The position numbers and the translations under genes were made by a program. From an uncultured Clostridia bacterium (GTDB lineage: Bacteria > Bacillota > Clostridia > Christensenellales > UBA1242), in the NCBI GenBank assembly GCA_937893125.1, contig CALBHW010000037.1, positions 1,533-65,532 on the forward strand: 64,000 nucleotides of DNA. Direction: 5' to 3'. A model generated the notes under the pieces. The model was not told the origin of the DNA. It did not search any database and worked only from the letters and a program-made list of their open reading frames with translations. Positions 19,401 to 34,400 of the stretch are shown here, piece after piece (the stretch's first letter is position 1; each line of letters opens with the position of its first letter).

Positions 19401-22400
19401 AAACGAAATGTATATAAAGTCGTCCGACTTTAATTTTGGGCAATCGGTCACTTTGAGCGATGTTTTTGGGCAACCACTAGATAGAAATGATTATGTCGGC
19501 TACAACTTTGTGGGATATAAGTTACTAAATGTTGCTGGCGAACCTTACGAAGACGGAAAATATGAATTTGCGGATAATTTTGCAACATTTAATCCAGAAA
19601 TACTTGGACTTGACTATCAAAAAGTTTATGTATTTGTTGCGATGTTTGAAGAAAGAATGTTTGATGTTGAGTTTGACTTTGATGGTGGCGCATACGTATC
19701 GGGCGGTGTAAAAAATAGCAGTGCTACATTTAAAGTTCAATATAGTTCGCAGGCAAACTTGCTTGACATTCTTCGTGCGGGAAATGAAGATTTAACAATT
19801 TTACATTCGGAAGATAGTGCGGACGGACGAATTCATCCACTTTATCATTTCACTGAGTTTACTAGCGAAGATATAGAAATAAATGGCAACGTTTTTACAA
19901 TGCCAGCAAAAAATATAAAGGTTAAGCCAGTCTTTGAAAGCAACGAAATTATTTTGTCAATTGACGCAACGGGCACTCTTATTGGTCAAAGCATAGGACA
20001 AGGCTATTATGAAGCACTTAAAGAAAACAAATATGACTTGTCTCTTGGTGGAGTAAACAACAATTCGACATTATTCGTGAAAGGGCTAAAAATTGGCGAC
20101 AGAATTGATTTTAGTGACCTTCCACTTCCAGTAAACATTGGTTTTGCTGGAACTTACGCTTACCTTCCAGATTTCAATGGTGCAAGTGGTGAAGTCTTTG
20201 ACAATTCGGAAAAAGATTATACAAAAGTGGGAAGCACTGATGTCTTTGACTTGTTGTCATCTAAGATAAATCCAAACACTTTGACAAATCTTGACAGTTT
20301 ATATAGCGAAACTCTTGGCGGATTTGTGCTTTATTTCTCGACCGTTTGGGAAACAAACGAATATACAATAAATTATGTTCCATTTATTCCAATTGTTAGC
20401 AATGGCTATCCAGTTGGCGCGACGGAAAAAGTCGTGACGGGTGAAACGACTTCACAAAGCGTGAAATACGGAGAAGATATTACTCTTCTTGCTCCATACT
20501 CGCTCACGGGCTGGACGCAAATAGGGTGGAGCACAACTCGTTCATTAAATGACGAAAAATGCGTAATTTATTACTTTGGTGAAAATGGAGAATTGCCACA
20601 TGGCGTTTATAATTTTACGACGGAACAAAGTGGCGTATTCTATTTATATCCAGTTTGGAGACAAAATACTTACACAATTGAACTTGTTGATACTGAAAGT
20701 AATAACAATCTGATGCGTGATGGTGTTAAAAGTAGTAGCCTTAGCATCAAATTTAAGTATGACGAAATAAGAACACTTGATGATTTGCTTACTGGCATTA
20801 CAATAAACGAATTTACTTATAACGAAGAAAAAACAATCTATCTCGTCCCAAGCAAATTTGTCTATATGGCAAGCTCAACGGGCATTGAAACGGAATTTAA
20901 GAGAGAAGATGTCCTTGTATTTAGCCAAGCGCCATACGGATTTATTGACGGAAAGGATTTTACCGAAAACACTATTCACATTAGCGTTGTTTTTGAAGAA
21001 GTTTATTACACAATCCGTTTCCATTTGCTTGAAGGCGGAATTTATCAAAACAACAATACTGAGTTAGCACAAAATTATAATGAAGAAAACGAGACTTATA
21101 CCTTGGAAGGACTCGTGAGATATTCTGCGCTTAATTCAGCTAACATTGAAGACCTTTTCACAATGGAACAACTTTATTTGCTTAATGAAAACGACATTGT
21201 CAAAATCCTTGATATGACTTACACATTGGCTGGTTGGTCGAGAAGTGCGGGCGCTGATAGAATGGATGTCTTAAAGGGGACACCGCTTAGTTATATTTTG
21301 GACAATCCAAAGGAGACTCTTAAAAAGACGGAAAATGGATTTGATTATGTCTTTAACTTCTATGCAATGTATAACGACATTTTGCTTACATTAAACGGCA
21401 ACGGCGGAACAACTTTAACTAGCGCGCCATCTACAATTGAAACAGACGACTCGACTTGGATTAAGGAAGCAAAATCTGTTTACACATACGCATATTTTGG
21501 CAAAAATATTGATATTGACGAAGATTTATTTAAATATTTTGCACTTAACAACTACCACTACGACAAAAATAACCGTATTGAGGCGGACATTAGTTGTCCA
21601 ACAAGTGAAAAATTTGTTGTAAATAGAGAAATGACTCAAATTGACATTTCGTGGATTGGAAATCTTCGACTTGTGTCAATGGTGTCGACGATTGGCGGAA
21701 ACATCTCTGTCGCGAGTGACTTTAAGTATGAATTATTTAAGGTCGATGGTCTAGACATAGGTCTAACTGAAATCGCTTATTCTGACCTTCCTGCTGACTT
21801 AACGGATGTTTACGCATACATTTATACGGCGCAAACATTGTCCTCTCTTGAAACGGGGACTCTTGTTCTAGCGAGCACGCTTGGAGAACTTTCAAGCAAA
21901 TATACTTATTACAAAAAGGCACCAATTGGAATAACTTTTAAAGCGCGTTTTGGTGACGAAATAACAGACTTAAATAAGGTCGAAATTGTGGGCAACTCAG
22001 TTACATTTACGGGCTGGGGTGACGAATACGGCATTTATTCGGGGGACGATTGCAAACTAAACGTTGAGCAAGCTGACGGAGATATAATTTGCCTATTCTC
22101 GCAATCGGAAAATGTCTATGTTACATTCAATCTAAATGGCGGAATTTATTATGACACGACAAAGAGTGAGTGGGTAGAAAAAATTGCACCTTACAAACTT
22201 TTGACTGTTAGCGGAAGTTCATTATTTTATATTGACCTTCCACTTGACATCCTAAACGGTGCGGGGCTTGGTCCAACAAAAACGGGCTATCAATTTATCG
22301 GGTGGTCGACATATGAAAATTATGATTTGTACCTTGCGGGCGACAGAAGTTTGCTTTATTCAAGAACGGGATTTGAAGATATCGTTGCAACAACTCAATT

Positions 22401-25400
22401 CACGACTACTGAATTTAAAAATACAACATTGTATGCAATGTTTATGCCTATTTCAATAAGATTTGATTTTAGTTTCCGATTGAGTTCGACGGATACAACT
22501 TCAAAAGGTGAAGAGTTTTCTATAACTGGCAAATACGGCGAAAGTATTGTATTCCCAAGTTTAAATGACGGAAGTAGTTACAGCGAAATTATGAAAAATT
22601 GGTCGCACGGTCAAGATGTTTTTGTTGATTACAATCTTCCAACCGAAAACGCAGGAACAAAGATATATAAGCAAGGCTACAAGTTTATTCTATTAAAAGA
22701 CGAAGACCTTAGTTTCTATAATTTCACAACCGTTGAAGAAATAAACGATAAAGGACAAAAAGTTCAAGTTTATGTCATAAAGGTTTACTCTAACTGGGCA
22801 ACACCAACAGTTACAGTCAAAATTTATTTGGGTGGCGGAAAGGCCTCCGAATACGCCTATTTTGGTGACACGACGACTGTATCAAATGATTTAAGAAAGG
22901 ACGGCCTTGGTGTTTATTTAACTGCGAAGGCGGTTTTTGAAAAATATTATACCTTGCCAAACCTTGACGATTTTTACAAGAGAAATTACTACGCAAGTGC
23001 CTATTATGCGAAGTCAAGCTATACCGATTTAATTGAAGATAATCAAATTTATATTTCTTCAAAAGACGAGGTTTCTGTCTTTGTTAAAATGGATGATGCG
23101 GATAGTTACATTAAAGGTTTTTATACATCTTGTGGGTTCAATAAGTATTTTGGTAAATTAGAGACGGCGCTACAAAGCGGAGCAAGCCTTGAAAGAAACA
23201 ATGTTGAAGTCGTATTGCTTGATTTGAGAAGCGAATTTGTCATTACAAAACAATATAACATTGGCGATAATAAAAATTTTGTCATTAGCCTTGACGACGG
23301 CGTAAAGGGTGACAAGACGATTAGAAGAAGTTATGTCGCAGATAGCGTTGACAAAACTTTAATTACGGCGGGAGAAAATTCATCCCTAACTTTATCCGCG
23401 CACAAATCATACAGTTTGATTTTTGACGGCGGGGAAAGAATTGCAAAAATAACTTGTGGCAACCTTACAATAAATAGCAAGGTGGTTGTTAAAAATCTCG
23501 AAATAACGGGCGACGACCAAGTCGTTAATGGTGGCGCGTTCTGGGTTGAAAATGGAACGGTTACGATTTCGGGTGCTGAATTTACCGATAATAAATTTGT
23601 GGGAGTATCAGCGTCTACAACATATTATGGAACGGTGCTATATGCAACAAATGCCGATGTCACGATTTCTTCAAGTGCGTTTAATAACAACTCACTTTCG
23701 GGTGCTGGTTTGCTTTATGGCGGAGCAATAGCGGTTGTTACAAAGTCACTTAATATTGTCGACACATCGTTCAATAAAAATAGCGCGCAAAGCGAGTCAA
23801 CGCTTATTGGTGATTCACCGTTTATTGATGGCAACCCATACGGTGCTGTAGGTGGGGCGGTTTATGCGTACGATGTACAATTTAACTTTGATTTTGAAAG
23901 CGGAAAAGGGTTTACATCAAACATTGCTGATGTTGGTGGCGCTCTAGCGATTGACGGCTCAGTCGAAAGAGAAATCAGTTTTGAAACTCCTGTATTTTCA
24001 AAAAATTACGCAGTCTATGGTGGCGGTGTATATTTGAGAAATATTATTCTTAAACTTACCAACGCAAAACTTTCAAGTAACGGCTTTATCGACAAAGTCG
24101 TCGCGCGTAAGGGTGGACTTTTCTACCTTGACGAAGGTGCAACACTTTCTCTCTTGGTTGATATGAGTTCTATTTTGGACGACGGCAGTATCGGGGTTAC
24201 AACAGGTGATGGATTCTTTGCGCAAAATCTTGCAACCTTTGGGGGTGCGATATATTCTGCGGGTAAAAAAGTTGAAATTGAGTACAATAAATTCCAACTT
24301 AACTCTTTTAGTGCTGATTTTGCTAAGGACTTTTTGGAATCTGGAACAAGCGAAGGTGCTGGCGGTGCAATTTATGCTGAGAGCGGGGAAGTTATTTTAA
24401 GAAAAGTAACCTTCCAATATAACTACTCGGTTTATGGCGGAGCGGTGTATATTGGTGGCGACGCAAAACTTACAATGGACACTGCTGACCTTTTAAGAGA
24501 ATATATTGAGTCTCTTGACCCAAGTAAGGTTACGGACACAATAATTGAGCAATATAGCAACTCGCTTAGCGACAATTTTGCAAAATATGGTTCGCAAATT
24601 TACTATGCGTCGACAAACGAAGAATCGACGATAACCTATACGATAATTCAAAAAGGTATGCAAGAGTTTAACACTCCAAACGAACGTGGCGGAAACCTTT
24701 ATGTTGCGGGCGGAAAGTTGACCCTTCTTGAAAAAACCTATATCTTTGGTGGCTACTCAAAAATGGGTGGCGGTGCTTATGTTGGGAAAGACATTATGTT
24801 AAATGATGATTCCACAAAGCCAGCAGAACTTGTTGTAAATGGCGCGAATTTTGTTTGGATGAACGAACAAGTTGACGGAATGAATGTAGGTCTTCTTAAC
24901 TCTGCGCGTGAAAAAATAAAGGAACTTGAAACGCAAATTGAAGAAGCGAAGTCACGCGGTGAAGATACGACTCAACTTGAAGAGCAACTTGCGGAATTTA
25001 AGAAAAAAGAAGAAGAGATTTTAAAACAACTTGAAATCAAGATAATAGACCCAGACGGCAACTATGCGTATATGGGCGGAATGTTCTATATTGACGAAAA
25101 CGCAACTGTTACACTTTTGTCAGGCTATGGTGCGGGAACGGAGATTGAATATGCGGAGGACACACCAAGCGGACAAGGCGAACTTGCCTACAATAAAGGG
25201 ACGCTTATTTATGACGACTTCCTTTTTGGGCAACATATGATTGACGGCATAATTTCACAAATCTACAACGAGGGACTTGTGGAGTTTAGAACGTCAGGTT
25301 CAAGCGACTTCTTAACCAGCCCAATTATTTACATTGACAAGACAGAAGATGCGTACAAATACATTCTTATTACAAACGATAAGTATGTTCCAGCAAGAAC

Positions 25401-28400
25401 AATTGAACTTATGTTTGACGATTCGTCTTACCTTATTGGCGTACCAGTTGTAAAATTTATTGATAAAGATGTGTATGACGCGTTTAAATTAAATTATGAA
25501 GCAAGCAAAATGCCTTTCTACATTTTGTCTGAGCCACTTCTTGATTTGAAGTTTGATGACGAGCAAATGGCACTTGTTTTAAGATATAGACACTACAATC
25601 TTTACTTTAATGATTTAAGTGTTGATAGAGCGGATATAAGGACGCCAAACTCACTCATATTTACTTGTGACGACCCAATTTCAGGCGATTTCTTCAGCAC
25701 AATTTCTAGCCAAAAACTTTCTAGAACGGGTTATAACTTCAAAGGTTTTGCATATTATGTTGTGACAGAAGATTCGGGACTTCCTTCTACATATGATAAT
25801 AATATTGCGTGCAAATTTGACGGCAAACTTGCAGACAATGACGGAATAGAAGTCCTTGATTTCTTAGACAAAAACATTGCTGGTAAGACTTTCTATAGGA
25901 TAGAAGATGTTACGGAACTTGAAAGTGGATTTAAGAAATTTCCACCTCACGACATATATTTGTATGCTATTTGGGAGCCAAAAACTTACAATATGACCTA
26001 TCATTACGACACGAATTATGGCGGAATGGAAGGTGTGTCAAGTTATACAATTAAGGGGGTCAATTTGACCGACTTTAATTTAGGTAAACTAAATAGCGTC
26101 GGGAAATATGGCGATAATTACAAATTTATAACCCTTGAAGAGTTGACTGCTTTTGATTATGTTGCATACTTTACAATAAGTACAATTTCTTCGTCTATAA
26201 GCGGTGAACCACTACAAATTATGGACGGTGGCATTACTTACGATGTTACATTTGACGCTGACCTATATAAATATGTATATATTAAAGGTGAAACAAAGTT
26301 TATAGTTGAAAGTGAAAGTAGAAGTTACTGTATTTTAGACCTTTCGACTTATTCGGGTGAAGATAAAGCGGAACTTGAAAAGGGTGAAAAGAGAAGTGTA
26401 TTCATTGACGGTGTAACATACAATTTTAGATATAGATACATCCCTGATGGATACGAATTTGACCATATTGAAATTAACGGCAATAGTTGCTTTAATCTTG
26501 GTGACCTATTTAAACTTGATAATAGTAATAGATTTGCAATTTGCACATCCGAACCTTACACAATTGACATAGTTTTGTATATGAAAAGGTCAAATGTTGA
26601 AATTGCATTCACAAACCTAGGTGAAAAGTCAAGCGATATTGTTCTTAGCCGTTATGTTGGGGCGACAATCACTCTTCCAACGGGAACAGTCTCTATTATG
26701 GACGATATTGAGCGCGTTATATATAAAGCGGGCTATGTCTTAAAAGGCTTTAATGATAGTAACGGCAATTTCTGGGCTCTTGGCACGACATATTCAATTC
26801 CAAGCACGGCTTTAATTGGCGAAACATTTACTGCTGTTTGGGAAAAGGCGTCGTTCTATGTGAAAAATGTTGTTAAAACTGAAAGAGAAACACTAAATAA
26901 GTATTATCAATCGATTTTTGACGCGGTGGCAGACATAAATAGTGATAATTTTGACATTAAAACAAGTGGCGGATATGACCTTGTTTTAATGGAACTTGCA
27001 GACGAAGTCTTAAAAGAAGACTCGCTTATGAAGTCAAGCAACGGCAAAGGAACTGACTACATAATTTATCTAGATAAGACCCTTTCACTTAAAAATGGAA
27101 CAAACATCTTAGGCGAAGCAAGGGCAAATTGTAACTTTATTTTGACCTATTCTTTGGGATTTGACAATGAAAAAGCACTTATAAATATTTCAAGCGAAGT
27201 GACAATTGGACAAAGCGGAAATAATGTTATAATTAAAGATGTTAGAAACAGTGTAACATTGTCAAATAGCGCGATTGAAGTCGAATCAACAGGCAAATTG
27301 ACGCTTGGCGTGAACGCTGAAATTTCAAACATCACAGCAACAACTTCTAGCACAAAGCGTTTTGGCGGAGCGATTACAAATAAGGGTGAACTTATTTTAA
27401 ACGGTGCATACATTCACCATAATATGGCAATCTATGGTGGTGCGATTTACAATTACAAGGGCGCAAAAGTAACGATAAATAACCCTACTAAATCATCAAA
27501 TTCAGGACGCATTTTAGAAAATGTCGCGACGGAGAATGGTGGTGCAATTTACATTGAAGAAGAAAGCGAAGTAGTAATAAATGGCGACGAAAATGTAATT
27601 AGTTTTAATAGTAACAGCGCAAAATCGGGCGGTGCTATCTATTCGCTCGGCATTTTGAAGATTATGTCGCAAGTTATATTTACAAATAACGGCGCGACAG
27701 AAAACGGCGGTGCGTTATACATAAATGGAATGATTACAATTGGCGATAACGCGGAATTTACTTCAAATTACGCAACACGTGGCGGTGCTATTTATGTAAC
27801 AACAACTTTAATACTTGGAAGTGTAAAATTTAGTGATAATAAAATTTCATCGACGGGACAAGGTGGCGCAATTTATAGTGAAAGCTCCTTAACTATAAAT
27901 GGAAGTGCGCAATTTGTCCAAAATAATAAAAACGGCGCGGGAAGTGGTGGCGCAATTTACGCAAAAGGCAGTCTTAGCATTAAATCAGGTATGTATTCCG
28001 AAAACGAAGCGGGAAGTGGTGGCGTTTTGTGCGTTTTAAATGCGCAAGCTACTATAATTGGTGGAACATTTACAAAAAACATTAGCAAGTTAGGTGGCGT
28101 AATCTTCGCTGAAAATTCTACTGTTTCCATTCTAGGTGGCGACATAAAAGAAAATGAAGCGGTCGTCTCTGTCGGAAGTGACACGGGCGTTCAATCAACG
28201 GGTGGCGGTGCGGTTTATCTTGTAGATAGTACATTAGATTTGGCTGTTAAACTTCAAAATAACACGGCGTCGTCGGGCGGTGCGATTTTCGCTCGTGGCG
28301 CGTCAGTTGTAACTTTAAACAGTGGAGCACAAATTGTCGGAAATACGGCACATTCATTTGGCGGTGGAATTTATCTTATTGAAGAAGCGACTATTGAAAT

Positions 28401-31400
28401 AACTGATGATACGGTAGAAATTTCGTCAAATACGGCGGACTCATTTGGTGGCGGAATTTATGTCGCGTCAACAAGCGTTGTTACTCTTGATAAAGGCGTA
28501 ATTTTAAATAACTACATTACAAATACAAGAAAGAACAAAGAAGGGCTCCTAGTTTATGAAGGCACTGACCTATATCTAAATAGTGGCGCGCACGTAGTTA
28601 TTAGTGGCGCTAAAGTCGGTGCGGATAACTTAAACGACACAACTTATGAAGTTTATGTCGGTGAAAAGGCTGTTCTTGAAGTGATTTCATGCGATATTCT
28701 AGCCAGTGTGTATGTTAAGCAAATCAAAACAGCACAAGAAACGGGCTTTAATTCGATAATTTTGTCGGACTCGGCGTATATTAGAAGAATTTATCTCAAC
28801 CAATACAATTTCATCGCAATTGAAAACAAGTTGACATCAACAAGATTTGATGCGGGCGAAACAATAGATATTCACTTTGGGTTCTACGACCCAGACGACG
28901 CAACAAGTATTATTGACAACACATATATTGCTCGTTTCAATAATATGACAACTTTAAAGGACAACTTTATTTGCTTTAACCTTGTAAAGCACTTTAAAGA
29001 ACTTGAAGAGTATTGCATAAATAGGGAAAATAGAGACGGCTATGCGTGGCTTGTCATTAAGGAATTTGCAAAAATTATAAACATCAACGCAAATGGCGGA
29101 ACGATTACTCTTGACGGAAAATCAGCGTCGGGGAATGCTTCACTTGTAGTTGAAAATTTGCAAAAGAGGGGCTCCCTTAAATTCTTAGACGACATCACGG
29201 GAGTTAGACTCGGCTACGAACTTAGCGGTCGATTTATTGAAGAAGAAACAAATGAAATCTATTCGTCGTATTCTCCACTCCCAATTTATGTCATCACAAT
29301 TAAAGCAGAATGGGCGCCAAAGGCATACAATGTTGTTATTGAAAGAGAGTCGGACAGCGGGCTTATAAAGGACAACCTTGAACTTAAATATAGCGACTTT
29401 ACGACTCTAAGTAGTTGCAACAAAGACTACAAAAAATTTGTTGGTTATGAAGTGGGCTATTTTAAAGACGATAATGTTGTAAAAACGGGCATAATTTTAA
29501 ATGGCACAACATTTAGTTTTAAAGATTTTAATAGTGACAGCGTCGTGTCAAGTGACGGCTTAACAACTGGCAGTCAAATTTTTGAAATTATTGACAAGTC
29601 ATTAGACAAAACAATTTATCTAACAAGTGTTTTTGAAGATGTGAAAGTCGTTCTTACTTTCCTCGCAAATTCTGCTCTTGCGCAAGCAGTTGACATTGCG
29701 GATTTGCCAGACTATGACAAAGAAAAATATGAAGTAGAAAGAGTTAATGATTTGACTTATAGAGTAAGTGTCAGCCAAAGCAATATGTATGTAAGTATTT
29801 ACGACTTCTTGGAATTCTTCAAAATGCCAAGTCACGCTGTGACAGGTTTCTTCACGGGCGAGGACGGAACATATAATGAAGGGCGCGATGTTATGTATAA
29901 TGCGGATAGGACATCTATTCCAATTCATAGTATTTTAACTCTTCACCTTCAATGCGTATGGCAAGAGACTGTTGCTTATATTAGAAAACCAGATTCATCA
30001 GGCGAAGGACGCATAGTTTACTATGATAGTTTGGAAAAAGCGGTTAACGCACTTATTCCACGCGACGAACTTGTTATTCTTGCAAACAAAATTGAACTAG
30101 ACAAAACGATTTATTTCACAACAGATGTAAAAGTCGTCATTCCTGGCGAAGTTACATTGACGCGTGTAAAAGGATTCAATGATTACTTGCTTGACATCTC
30201 TTCAATTGTAACCTTTGAAGTCCAAGAAGGCGGAAAACTTGTTTTCTCGGGCGCAGGGCTTGGAGTGTCCACATTTGGGGCAGTTATGGTCGAAAAAGCG
30301 GGAACATTAACTGTCGGCAAAAATGTTTTCTTTACAGACAATTATTCTATCAATGCGGGCGCGGGTATAAATTCTCTTGGAAAGCTTTTCGTCGAAGGCG
30401 CGACATTTGAAAGGAATACTTCGCAATCAAATGGTGGTGCATTGTCGTCAAGTGGTGTGCTTGAAATTTCAAAAGATAGCACATTTAGTAAAAACATTTC
30501 GTGGAAAATGGGCGGTGCTATTTATGTGTCAGACGGTACTTCTCAAATAGTAAACTCGACATTCCTTGAAAACAACGCCTACACAAGCGGTGGTGCAATT
30601 GGATTTGATAGTAAATTAACGATGAATGTTACGACCTCAACATTTGTAGGCAATTTCACTGATATTAAAGACGGAAGTTCGGGCGGTGCAGTGTTTGTGG
30701 GGCTCGACACAGGGCTTGTAACACTTAAAGATTCTACATTTACATCTAACTCGTCATACATGGGTGGTGCTATCTATGTTCTTGGCGTAACTATCGGCAA
30801 CGCAGATTACAATGTTTTAATTGATGGCGGAAGTTTGTCAAACAACACTGCAACCTTTGGTGGTGCGGTGTGCATTGGGTCAACGGCATATTATGCAAGG
30901 CAATCACTGAGATTATCGGGTGGCGAAATTTTGGAAAATTCCGCAACATACGGCGGTGGTGTCTATGTGTTTAGGGGCGCTTACACATTGGCAAAAGGAA
31001 AGGTCGCAAATAACACGGCATCTTTTGGCGATAATATTTATGTAAATTATAACGGCACATTAAACATTTTAGGTGGTGAAGTGGGGTCGCCTGAAAATAA
31101 CGGCACAATCTTTGTCGCTGGTCTAACTTACTCGACTTTTGGAAGAGTGTATTTTAGTGGTAGATATGATGTAAAATCAAAAGTTTTACTTGCAAACGGT
31201 GCATATGTCACAGTCGAAGGCACGATTGACAAAAATAGTAGCGTTGTTATCTTAGAGCCAATAAAAGTATCCAAAAATGTGGTTACTGGTACAAATTATC
31301 CAAGCGGAAAAGGCTCGTTAAAGGTTGTTCAATTTGAAAACACAATTGACGAAAGAATGTTTGATTTGACTGATGATGTGAAAAATATCGGTGTAGACAG

Positions 31401-34400
31401 TTTTAGACTTAAACTCATCGACAATAATTTATACATTACAAAAGCGGTCTTTACTTTAAAAGTTTATAAGGAAAGTGGCGATTTTGAGATTGATAGCGCT
31501 CTTGGTGCAACAATTGACATTGATTTTGTGAGCGTCGAAGTGCCATACACGACTAATTTGCTTGAATTCCTAAGCGGTATTACCGCAACAAGAGAAAACA
31601 AGGATTTTGCTGGCTGGCTCTCGATTGAAAATGGCGCGAAAACGCCTTTGACTGCAGAAAGTACAATGCCATATAGCGACTATGAAGTTTATGCAAATTG
31701 GAGTGCAGACTATTATTTCTTAAAAGTCTATGTCAACGATTCTTATTCGCCAAGCGACACATATGCTCTTGTCAATGTCGCGGGGTTAAACTTGAATAGC
31801 GAAAGTAAGGAAAGTTATGCGGATGGAGTCATCACACTTAAAGTCTTTGTAGATAAAGACGACTCAACATTTGGTACGCAAGCACTGCAAAGAGTTATAA
31901 ACAACCTTAGTAGAAACAACTATACAATCTTAGGCTTTGGCCTTTCTCAACTTATTGAAAACAATTTGGTTGTTTATACTGCGTCAAACTTCAATATGCC
32001 TGAAAAAGATTTGTCTCTCTATGTTTTGTGGGAAGGGAATTCTTACAACTTAACCATTGCGTCCGAGGACGGAACGATTGAAAGAAAGACTTATACTTTG
32101 ATTTTTGACCAATATTTCACACTTCCAGGCGAAGATGATTTTGTGAAAGATGGTTACACTCTTACTGGGTTTAGAGGTAGGTCTACAACATATGGCGTAA
32201 AAGAAAATGTGCTTAATTTAACAGACGCTACACTCTACGCAGTCTTTGAAGCAAACGAATATGTCATTAACTTTGCGTCTAATAACCAATCGGCGTACGG
32301 TCAAATTGAAAGCATTGTGGCAACCTACGATAAAGATGTCGCGCTTCTAGGCAATTCCTTTACTCTTCGCGGGTACACACAAATTGGCTGGAGTTTGGAT
32401 AAATTAGCATTACCGACTGACACTGACAAAATAATTGCAATAAATGCGACTATTCGTAATTTAGCAATGGGTGGTGAAGTGACTTTGTATGCTATTTGGG
32501 CACCAAATACCTACAACATTTCCTATCATTTGTCGGGTGCTGAAACATCCGATGTGGTCTTTACTGAGACGGCAACTTATGATGACGAATTTACGCTTAC
32601 TAAATTAAAAGATATGGGTGTGGTGTATAGTGCATCATACTATTTGGTTGGCTGGTCAATTAGACCTTACATATATACGGATAGAGTTGAAGCAACTTTC
32701 ACTGACGGTCAAAAGGTTTTCAACTTGATTGAAAGCGGAACAATTCATTTGTACGCAATTTTGGACGAAAAAGCGGTCAAAGTTTATGCAAATAATGGGT
32801 CATCCGACTTTGTTCTTGTAAAAACTAATGCACAAGGGAAAGCGGTCGTCCAAAAGAGCAACTTGTCGTCACTCAAACTTGACGGCTTTGAAGTGGGGCT
32901 TCTTTCTTCGTCGCCAAACATTTCAAGTGGCGAAACATACGAATTTACGGAAAACGGAATTTCGTTTGACCTTATGGACGCAGAATCGGTTGTTGAATTG
33001 TATATCGGCTGGAAAGCGATGAGTTATACATTTGAATTCGTTGTCGCGGGCGAAAAATTTAGCGAATTTGGCTCACAAACGAAATCGGTCAAAGTTTTTG
33101 GCAACAACACATATTCGACATATTCCGATAATAATCAACTATTTATCTACACAAGTAATCTAGACAACATTTTAATCCATGGCTGGTCAGTTGACGAAAA
33201 CACTTCGACACTTGATTTTAACCTTGGAACGAATGTCCAAGTTACAAACTCTCTTCTTGCTATCTTTGGAAAATTCCAAGACACAACAAAGAAAACTCTT
33301 AAAATTTATGCGGTTTTGGAAGATAGTTATGAACTAAGTTATGACTTAAATACAACATATAATGTTGCATTTGCTAGTGCAACTGACATCGTGGCAAAGG
33401 GGAGTGTGACGACCCCAGTAACAAAGGTCGGGACGAAAGAAAAAATTAGGTTTAGTGATATTTCAAACAATATTTGGGAAATTGCGGACTTAGAAAATAA
33501 TGTTTACGCGTATTTTGCTGGTTGGGCACTTGAAAATACTGCAAGCGAACCTGAATACGCCGTAGGGCAAAACTATGAAGTCACATTTGTTGGAAAAGTG
33601 ACCTTGTATGCAGTGTGGAAAGAGTATACAAATCCATTTATGTTTACCTATGAAGAATATAATGACGGCGTCTCAATTGTTGGCATAAGTAGTGCTTTTA
33701 ATGGGACAGAGATTGTTCTTCCACGCCACGAAATACTAAATAATAATGGAACGCTTGTAAAAGGAAAAGATGTTTTAAAAATAGCACCTTTAACTTTCAG
33801 CGCGCATACAATTTCGGCAATTGATTTTGAATTTGCTACAAGTTTAGAGACAGTTAGCTCATTTGCATTTAGAGATGTCTCGGGGCTTACAGTTTTAAGG
33901 AATTTGCCACAAAAAGCAAACTACGATGACGGTGCATTTGTGTCAAGCACCCTTCAAAAAGTTGTTTTTGAGGACTCAATAAATAGATATGATGTCGATA
34001 AATTAGGCAATGTTTACAAAGTCGACGAAAAAGCAACTCTTCTTGCACTTTTAGCGGGTAATTGTTTTGACGAAATGGCAATTGGCGGAATGGTAACTTT
34101 GCAAAATAGCGGAGCGGTAAAAGTTGAAGTTTTGAAACGCTATGCACTTTACTTGGCTAGAATTAACGCCCTAGATTTGTCGCAACTATCTAAAATTGAA
34201 AGCGGGGCTTTAGAAAATATTTCGGGACTTGAAACATTGACGGTTTCCTTTGTTGGCGAAAGTGCGGAAAACAAAAAGCCACTTAAAGAATGGTTCTCAG
34301 GTAGCGAAATTGTTTTGAAGAATGTTTATATCACAAAAGAGCAAGAAATTTCTTCAAACGCATTTAGCGGGCTAGCAACACTAGAATATGTAGAGTATTT

